A program made the position numbers and the translations under genes. From NCBI GenBank assembly GCA_964016885.1, contig OZ024747.1:79732001-79796000 (forward strand): 64,000 nucleotides of DNA. The letters run 5' to 3'. The stretch comes from Eledone cirrhosa (lineage: Eukaryota). Under the pieces are notes generated by a model. It worked only from the letters and a program-made list of their open reading frames with translations. It searched no databases and was not told the DNA's origin. Below, in pieces: positions 54,499-64,000 of the stretch (the first letter of the stretch is position 1; each line of letters starts with the position of its first letter).

Positions 54499-57400
54499 AT
54501 GGACACAGAAAATGTCATATCAACAATTGGAGGATTTGGACGGTATCAAAAAATCCAACTTGCTATATTCAGTATTCCATGGCTTGGTGGTGGTCTTCAA
54601 CTTATCCTAGCTGTTTTTATATTAAGAGTTCCTGAATTCAGGTAATGAATTTTCTTTTTAATTCTCTTTAAATGCATGTTATGTACATTTGAAAGAGGTG
54701 TTGCTAACAAAAGAAACTGAAAATAATGCTTTAGGCTTCAACATTTTTGGTGAAACACTAATGTGTTTTTTGTTACATAAAGAATAATATGCTTTGTTAT
54801 TTTATTGTTTCACTTTGTTGTTTATTTCACTTTGATTAAATGAAATAAATAAAATAGTTAATGTTAACAGCTATGTACATTAAATGTACATAGCTGTTAA
54901 CATTAACTAATTTATTTATTTCATTTAATAGCTGACATAGGCTGAAGTTTAGGAGGCCAAACATTTCAACAGTGTTTTAAATTTGAAATAATTAATTTCT
55001 TTAAGCTATTCTAAAGATTTTCTTGTTGCTGTTCCGGTTGTTGTTTAGCCCAAGGATAGCTTTGATTAATTAGATCTGTTATCAGAGGTGCGTCAACTGT
55101 GATTATTCTGTCTTTTTATATGTTAATGTTTACATTAATATATATGTATCCCTCTCCATTCAAGACAGTGTGGTGTGATTGATTTATTGCGAGAGAGAGA
55201 TGTTTTTTGTATCAGGCTGAAGGAACCACATAGAAGCTCCTCCATTGATTCAGAGATTGTTTTAAAAACAAATTATATCATAACTTTACTAATCCAATAA
55301 CAATACATCATAACTACAAAATTTGTTCCTAATTAATTCTATAAAGGTTGAAAATAAAATCAAACTATCTTTGTTTATGATTTGAATTATGTCAGTGAAT
55401 TGTATCAGCACTTTGCATTGTATTGTTCCTTGTTTCTATTTTAATATTTGTTTATAAATCATATACTTTTCTTTCTTGCATTTCCATATTTGTAATATTC
55501 ATTTTCCCCCCTTTAAAAAATCGTTAATTACAATTATCTCAAATCTGGGGTGTTCGGGTAGAGAGAATAATGTTGATGTTCAGTAGTGACAAACGGCTAC
55601 ACTGGTTCTTACTTTCATTTCTGGCTCTGGGACATTTTCCAGCTACACTCTAGTAACAGCTTCTACTGGCAGGCTAAACTTAGTGAGGAACTGGGTTCTT
55701 GGAGAGAAGATAGGCACTACTAAGTATTCCTAAAGCCCATTGAAATGCCATGGTGGACACACATCAAATATCTAGAGTGGCATCCCAACAACTGGCTGCA
55801 CCAATTGTAGGAACTTGATTGAATAATAATTATTTTAGTCTTGACCAATGGCACTAATTATAATCTTAAAAACTAAGTCTACCTAATTACAAATTTTGAG
55901 CATGTGCAAGAGAGAAGATTGCACTGGTATGGACATGTGATTACTGGGTGAAAAAGTATCAAGAAATCCCAGTAGAAGGGAACTGCAGTAGAGGAAGACC
56001 AAAGAAGACTTGGACGGAGTCAGTGAGAGCTGATTTGAAATTGCTGAAGCTCACAAGGGATGTAACAAAGGAATATGATAAATGGAATGATGCTGTGCTA
56101 AAAAAGATCCATTGAACCATGCAAGCATGGAAAAGTGGATGTAAAATGGTGATGATGTCAAGCAACAAACCCACAATTGATTCATTCCTTTGCAGCTTAG
56201 AAATAGATAGACTCTTATCTTGATCTTTTTATTGTTTAGAACTGGACCATGAAGCCCAATGTTAGTTATACATACAACAGTATTCCAGACATTTCCCATC
56301 TACCGAGTTCCATTCACAAAGTATTAGTCAAGATGAAGCTGTAGTAGAAGACACTTGAGGTGTCATGCAGTAGGATTTAACTGAGAACCATATCGCTCCA
56401 AAGCTCTTAACCCCACAACCATCCCTGCACACATAGGTGGTCTTACTTGCTCATATATTGATTGATGTGAAATAATCTCTACTACCCATATGTTCGTTGT
56501 CTTTTCTGGTGTCAGATTCTGTTCATGCAATAGCAGAAACATTTCCTGAATTTACCATCAAGTATTTCAGCTGTAGAAAACTTTTCAGTTGTGTCAAAGG
56601 CCCAACAATTTCTCTACTGTTGATAAGATAAAACGTACCCATTACACTTTGTAAAGTGGTTGGTGATAGGAAGGACATCTAGTTGTAGAAACCATGCCAA
56701 AAGGGTAGAGAGGACTCTTCATTTGTGTCAAGACATGACGACCTCTTTAGTGTTGGTGACATGATAAACCACACCCATTTCACTCTGTAAAGTGGTTGGT
56801 GGTAGGAAAAACATCCAACTATAGAAACCATGCCACAGAGGATTAAGAGGATTCTTCAGTTATGTTAGAACATGGGCTGGACAAGACTTTTGAGGTAATG
56901 TTTTACAGCTGGATACCGTTCTTGACACTAACCCTTTTAGTCACTTCTCATGGCATGCAGGGATGGGGTGTACTTATTCTAAACTTGGTACACTTAAATT
57001 GTTATTATATGGAAATTATGTATTAGATAAGTGAACATTAACGAGAAATAATTGTTTCTACTTTTGGCACAAGGCCAGAAATTATCCCAGTGTATTACTG
57101 GTACTTTATTTTATCAACTCCGTAAGGATGAAAGGCAAAGTTAACCTCGGCAGGATTTGAACTCAGACCATAAAGGGCCGTAACTCTTTGCTTCAAAGCA
57201 TGGCGTCCGACCCTCTACCGATACTGCTAATCCACCCCCTTAACTAGAAATAATAATCCTGAGAGAATGTGTGTATATACAGGTGTATGCCTACCTGTGT
57301 GTGCATATACAGGTAAATGAGTGCATTCAGATATGTATTTTCATGATGCATTAGGTTAAGTTTACAAGTGGCAGATAATTTTGATAAGATAGAGAAAATG

Positions 57401-60400
57401 TAATAAAACAAGTCTGTGTTTCAAAGTATTTTCCAAAGAACAATGGGTAGAGGAGATAAAAAGTAACAGCAATGTGATACTGAAAAAAACTTAAATGTCC
57501 ATTGTGAAGGCCATAAAATGAAAAATTTTATGGCTTTATGAATATGTTCTGTCTTTTGTTTATGTAATAAAATAAATAGCTATTAACTATGAAAGTCAAA
57601 CTAATTTTCAAGCTATCTTAACCCTTTAGCATTTAAACTGGCTATATCCGGCCAGAATTCTCTCACCCTTTTCTATTTAAACCGCCCATAACTGGCCACT
57701 CATAATTATGTTAAGGTATTGTTCTCAAAATAAATAACATTAAAATCTTGTAGATTCGATATTATTATGTAAGATAAAGCCTTTACCGTGAAAATACAAT
57801 AGTATATATAAAGTAATGTAAATGCTAAAGGGTAAAGAAAGAAGCTAAACTCAATATATTATTTTCTATAGTGTTGCTAAAACCTGACAAGATTTAATCA
57901 TTTTACTTAGCTGTCCTATAATCAGTGAGATTGTGGAGAGATATTATATATCTGTTGTTGGTGGAAAACAAATCAACAATTATATGAACTAGGTGTTGTC
58001 TTCCTGTTTCTTCTACAACAACTACAATGGTACGCGATGGGGCCCACCCACAGCCCCGGTGGATAGAATGGAGAAGGCGTTTCCCCGGGGGACGGCGAGG
58101 GAGACGTGCTGGAAGAGCCACTCCAACTCGCGGAGTTCACACCTGCGGCTGGCCAGCTCAGTGCCTATGGTGGTGAGTAAGGAGGTAGCCCTGGGGCCGA
58201 GGACACCAGAAGTTTCCACTGCCAGGGGTACGACTGCAAACCTGTCGGAGAGCGACCGGTATTTGAGGAGTTTGGCCCCTTCAGCCCGACATACAGCAGA
58301 ACCTGGGTCAGTCGCAGACTGCACCAGGTTGCGGCTGCAGAAAGTGTCGGTGCAAGTGGCATCCCAGACGAGGGGTTTGCCACCACGGAACGGGAAGATG
58401 GTCATGCCATCTGGCCTTTTGCCGTCCTCTCGATCCAGCCCCACTGGCTCGAGCTGGGAAGGGAAGCCTGCAGCATCCAAGCTATGCTTAATGACCTCGT
58501 TGAGGGCAGCATGGCGTTGAATGTGGCCGACACTGTGGTGACAGGAAAGCGGATGGAGGCTGAAAGAGTCCACGGTGGAACCGCAGTGACATTGGTGTGG
58601 CTGGCAGATCTGGAGGCCGAGCCTCAGGGAAATGCTGATGAGCAGGCTATGGTTGTCTAGCTGCGTGCCAGTGGAGAAGGAGGGCAGGGCATGGAACCAG
58701 GCACCACTGTGGGTTTGGAGACGCACGAAAACAAGCAAAATGGTACTGGTCAAGCTGGCACGTGAGCCTGTCTGAGGCCAGGCTGCACCGGATGGCATCC
58801 CAAGTGCGTTGGGGGAGACTTGATGTAAACAGGGGGAGAAGGAGGAGGGACGTCTACTGGGCTAAGTCCCAGCTGGTCCCAGGTCTCACAGTTCTCTGAA
58901 CACAGAGGGTTCTGTTGTGTTTTGAAGAACCCTGCTGACGAGGATGCGGTACAAGGTTACCGACGAAAGATACGCCGGCAAAGCTAGTGAGATCGAGGAC
59001 CAGAGGCCAAGGCCACCATACCTGACAGGTAAAGTGGCCTGTTGCCACCCTTAGGACTATGGTCATGCTGGAATACTGGCTATGAGGGTTTGTTGACAAT
59101 ATCAACTTCACCCAGTACGTTGTCTAATGGACATTTTATTCATTCCATATTTTCATGCCTCTGTCTTGTGTTCATTCTGATGTCACTAATAAGAATGGTG
59201 GATTGGCAGTATCGGTAGGTAGAGGGTTGGATGCCATGCTTTGCAGCATTGAGTTATGGCCCTTTATGATCTGAGTTCAAATCCTGCCAAGGTTAACTTT
59301 TCCTTTCATCCTTACGGGGTCAATAAAATAAAGTACCAGTCATGCACTAGGCTCAATTTAATCGACTTGCCCCTCCCCCAAAATTAATAAGGCCTTGTGC
59401 CTATATAAGAAACCATTCTGATGTTACTAATAACTAACTTATGTTGACGGCACATTCTTCCCCAGGGAAGGCCTTAGTATTTATTACAGTTTGTTTATCT
59501 CATTGTCTTACAAGTAAGAAATCAATTTGGCTTGTGTGTTTGTCTGATTGGTATGTGATCAGAGGGCTAGCTGGTTCTCTGAAATTTGTGTTGCAAATGG
59601 TTAGTCCATTTGCATCACACCTTCTCCACTTCTTGAGCCTTAACCATAGCTACTGTGAACTCCACTTAATCCATTGTGGTACTGTCCATTGAAGTTGCCT
59701 GCCAGGATGATGAGGTCTATTTCATCAGTACCTGAAGTTGTCTGTAAAAGTTCCTCATAGAACCTGTCCTTTTCTTCTTTACTCAGTCCTACCTGTCGTA
59801 CATAGGTAGAGGTAATTATCACCATTCTATTTCCTACAACTATTCTAAGCTTAATAATTCTGCCCCTTACTCTAACTGCCTCTATCACCTTATTTATCCA
59901 TTTCTCAGCTAGTAGGATGCCTACACCACCTACCCCATTGTTATTTCCTACCCAGTAAAGTATTTGTCTATGTTGTTTGCCTGTGAGTAGTCATGCTGAG
60001 GCACCCCTCCATCTCACCTTTTGTACACTGCATATATACACTTCTCTCTAATAGCTCCACAATTTCACCTGATTTACCTTTCAAGGATCCAACATTGAGG
60101 ATGGCAGTCCTGAGATTTGAATCTTGACAGTTGTTAATTCCTTGAATAGAAGTTCTATCTCTTAAAATTGTGTGAACTGAACCAACCGATATGTCTAGGG
60201 AGTGAACTATCTTTTCTATTGTTAATCGTTGGTCTTTATCAACATAAATCTTGAACAGCATTGATTTTTTTCTTCACAGTTGATGTTGATGGCCTGCTCA
60301 CCTATTCATCATCTTTAACTCCATCTCGTCCTTCTTAGAAATGAGTTATCCATTTGTATATTGCTAATTTTTTTTACGAGAAGTATATCCATAAATATTT

Positions 60401-62843
60401 CTCAAAGCTTCAATAATATCCCTTTTCTTCCAACCAAGTTTTACCATAAATTTGTTGTTGGTTTTTTGACAGAACACATATTTTGTTTTAAGGGTAGTTG
60501 TTTTAAAATTGGCATAAATTTAAATTTATTGCTTCAAATTACTTCTGGGTCATATAAGCTGCTGCAAGCTAATAGCAAAATATTTACATAGTGTTTCTAT
60601 TTTCCAAGACCGCTTTGAATGCCCCTCATGTATATATATCATCATCATCATCATCATTTTATGTCTGTTGTTCCACTCTTGCATTGGTTGGATGGGTACT
60701 TCTCAGTACAGCATTTCTCCATTTGTCGCATTCTTTTGTCATCTCCACGACCTTTAATGATCTGAGATCAGCTCTCTTACCACCTTTACACAGGTCTTCC
60801 TTAATCTTCCTCTACCATGGCCTCCCTCCACTGGGATTACTTGGCATTTCTTCATCCAGCTATCATCATCCATGTGAATCACTTGCCCATACCAATGCAA
60901 TTTCCTCTCCTGCACACTACTTCTGATTCCTCTTATACCCAGCTCATCCATGCTTTGTTTTTCTCACACAATAAAATTGAAGCATGCTTGCCTCTATTCT
61001 CTCCATCCTTCACATATCCTCTGTGTTCATTGCCCATGTCTCACTACTATGAAGTATGGAACTTCACACACAGGTGTCATGCAGCCGACTTTTCATTCAT
61101 AAGGAGCATAGTTACTATGCTCTCTAAGCACCCTCCTCCACTGCTAATTATATCACCTAGCTAGCAGAAATGATCAAACACTTTTATGGATCCTTCCAGG
61201 GATTGAAAAAGGTTTATATTATTTATTTTATTATTATTATTATTAACACTCTTACTATCAGTTGACCCTGCTATATACAAAGTCTTCCTTTCTTGTTAGT
61301 CTGCCTGTTATCCCACTACACCTTTTGTGTACCCAAGATTGACATTATGTACATCATAGATAGTTTCTGCCTACTAATTTTCTACTTATCAAGCAAGGAC
61401 ACTTCCCTGATGAGATTGGTTCCCTATCTTCTTTCCTATTTATTAACATTTTGGTTTTTGCTAAATTTACTCGAAGCCCTTTTGATTCTAAGTTCTGTTT
61501 CCACAGACAGAATTTATTCTCTAGTTCTTCCACAGATTCAACTAAGAGGGCCAGATCATTGTCATACAGAAGTTCCCATGGGCAACCAGTCTTAAACTCC
61601 TCTGTTACAGCCTGGAGGACTAGGATAAACAGGAGGGGGCTAAGAACTGAACCCTGATGTACGCCTACCTGCATCTTGAATTCCTGATTAAACTCACTTC
61701 CTATTCTCATTTCACTTATAGCTCCTCTATACATGGCTTGCACTTCTCTTACAAGCAACTCTTCTACACCTAGTTTCCTTAAGAACCACCAGATGATTGA
61801 TCGAACTACTCTGTCAAAAGCTTTCTCTAGATCAACAAAAGGTAGCTAGAGAGGCTTACTATTAGCTAAGAGCTTCTTTTGTAGTTGTCTTGCTAAAAAG
61901 AAGGTATTTGTGGTGCTGTTCCCTGGCATGAAATCGAATTGCATTCATCTAATTTGGCTTTCTCTAATTAGTTGTGCTAGAACTCTTTCTGTCACTTTCA
62001 TAACATGATCCATTAGTTTTATTTCTTTGTAGTTGTTCCTTTCTAGAGCATCACGTTTTCCCTTGCAACAATTAATGATTATGTTGCTGAGCCAATCAAT
62101 GGGTGACTAGTTCAACTCCTACTTCCCCAAATGTTTTCAGCATCTCAATGACTATTTCAGAGGGTCCCTCGACTTTACTATTTTTACTCTCGTCGATTGC
62201 TTCTTTGACCCTATAACTGTCAATTTCGATAGCTGGTCCCTCTGTTGGGTCAGTTAGGGGTAGTCTCCCTTCTTCCCATTCATTCTCCACATTTATTAAC
62301 TTATCATAGCAGCATTTCCAGACCTCTATCTTTTGAGTATCAGTGATACTAAGTGCACCAGTGTCATTTCAGACACACTGTTTCCCAACAACATCCTGAT
62401 TTATACAGACACACTGTGCCTTGTAATGTGGAACACCTCATGTCTCTGATTTTCATGTCACAAGATATTGGCAAACTTTTTTTTTCAGCCTTTTTTCTTC
62501 TTATCTATAGCTATCATTGTCATTTAACGTCCATTTTCCCTGCTAGCAAGGGTTGGACTATAAAATATATCTGTTTAGCAAATAAATTATTATTAACCAA
62601 AGCATAATAGTGTGGTCTTTTCATAACAGGTGTGCTATTCCAGGCTGGGAAAATGATACTTACAAAGTGCAGAGTCCCATCCATGCTTGGTATATTAACC
62701 ATACTATATCCAGTAAAGATAATGAATGTAAGATTTATCAACTGAACGACACAGATTTTGATGACAGGAACACATCTGAAGAAGTTAACTGTCATGCTTG
62801 GGTCTATGATAAATCAAATGTGCCATCAACAGCTGCTTCTGAT
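54499..62843 (+). CDS. Second SLC22-family transporter, exons 54499-54641 and 62630-62843; continues beyond the window
   Basis: MDTENVISTIGGFGRYQ...VPEFR|CAIPGWENDTY...CHAWVYD...AASD; same 143-nt first exon and same phases as the paralogue. Confidence 0.88.
54835..54929. repeat. Near-perfect AT-rich palindrome, 47-bp arms
   Basis: Arms 54835-54881 and 54883-54929, one mismatch. Confidence 0.9.
58010..59110 (-). mobile_element. CRE-clade non-LTR retrotransposon 3' part (zinc knuckle + restriction-like endonuclease)
   Basis: ORF 58022-58798: CHCG...HPLSC...RH, KRPDG, LVWDATC, K..KY, PLAVETSG. Confidence 0.85.
59640..60130 (-). mobile_element. RTE-like LINE APE domain fragment
   Basis: LNVGSLKGK, GRIIKLR, EEKDRFYEEL, AGNFNG. 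Confidence 0.75.
60150..60625 (-). mobile_element. Mariner remnant
   Basis: DQRLTIEKIVHSLDISVGSVHTIL HTH segment. Confidence 0.65.
60639..62450 (-). mobile_element. RTE-like LINE, degenerate RT and 3' end
   Basis: VGVHQGSVLSPLLF, ELLYDNDL, ERKLHWYG; (ATG)n tail at about 60640. Confidence 0.88.
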
Positions 62844-64000
62844 GTAGGTAGAATGTCTTTCTTTTATCATCTTTTAGAAAATATTGAGTAATTTCATGCT
62901 GTTGTTTACAGAAAAATACTTGTTTGCTTTTGTAGTTTTGCTTTCTTTATTATGTTTTTTGAGTGGATTAACAGAGTTGTTAGAGAGTCAGACAAGATGT
63001 CTTGCAGCATTTAGTCATAGCTCTTTATGTTCAAACCCCACCGAGGTCAACTTTGCTTTTCATTCTTCTGAGGTTGATAAAATAAAGTACCAGTAGTGTA
63101 CTAGGATTAATATAATTGACTTTCTCCTTCCCTCAAACTGTTAGCCTTGTGCCAAATGTTAGAAATCATAATTATGTTTTTATGGTATTGGCAGAGTCGT
63201 TAAAGCATCAGACAAATTCTTTGTAGTATTTGCTCTAGTCCTTTATGTTCTGAGTATCCTTTTGACGTCGATAAAGTAAAGCCTCAGTTAACATGTAAGT
63301 GGCTGAGTATTCCATGACACTGTGTGTGTGTGTGACAGGGCTTGGTCCTTTGAATTACAGGTACTGTCTTTCTGATTGACTCCCAAACAGTTTCTGTCAA
63401 CCCAATTTCATTTATAAGGCATGGATCAACATGATCAAATGACATTTGCTCAAGATGCCTTGCAGTGGGATCGAACCTGGGACCTGATTGTGAAGTGAAC
63501 TTCTTCATTATATCTTGGACCAAAATGGGGACAAACAAAATATAATATTTTCACCAAAAACTGCCCTTTAAACATATGTCAGATGGATTACAATATTCAT
63601 TATTACAAATACTTTGACTGTTCTCTGACTACTAGTACCAGCTTCAACATAGAATTATTTTAACAAAGTATATTTGATTTGATTTGATTTTCGCCAACAA
63701 ACCACGTGTGGACATGGACGGGAAAAAAAAAAAATCACTACATCCCTTAGGGATCGCAGTAAGTACTTCACAAAATCTATAAACAACAATATACACACAG
63801 ATTTAAACAACAATATACACACAGATTTAAACAACAATATACACAGATTTATATACAGATACATACCACACGCATATACACACAAGTGAAAAGAAACCAC
63901 ACTATTTCGTATGAGACACTATACCGGCCAATCTTACGTACATTTGTAAAATCTTTCTGAACATTGACTTCGCTTCTAACCCACATACACATTTTAATTA

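Overview
AT-rich, repeat-dense eukaryotic DNA; the SINE, LINE and MITE content looks octopod/cephalopod (inference). Main contents: (1) a broken DONSON gene whose promoter and first 12 codons (20000-21212) lie downstream of the gene body (846-14039); (2) an isolated divergent histone H4/H3 pair with 3' stem-loops; (3) a complete 10-exon SLC22 transporter gene on the minus strand (522 aa), head-to-head with the first two exons of a paralogue; (4) many transposons, including CR1, RTE, CRE, Penelope, mariner, pogo-like and piggyBac-like MITEs, and tRNA-derived SINEs. The most striking signal is a family of GGC-terminated DNA elements with 8-bp target duplications (Merlin-like). They carry a copy of a histone 3' end with its stem-loop. 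Two inward-facing ends bracket a circularly permuted DONSON segment flanked by a shared 8-bp duplication, ACCATCCG, which is the signature of reversed-ends transposition. Also seen: a U12 donor, a hammerhead ribozyme, a TIR element carrying a host exon fragment, and an internally inverted CRE fragment. All calls were made by eye with no database searches; repeat boundaries are approximate.
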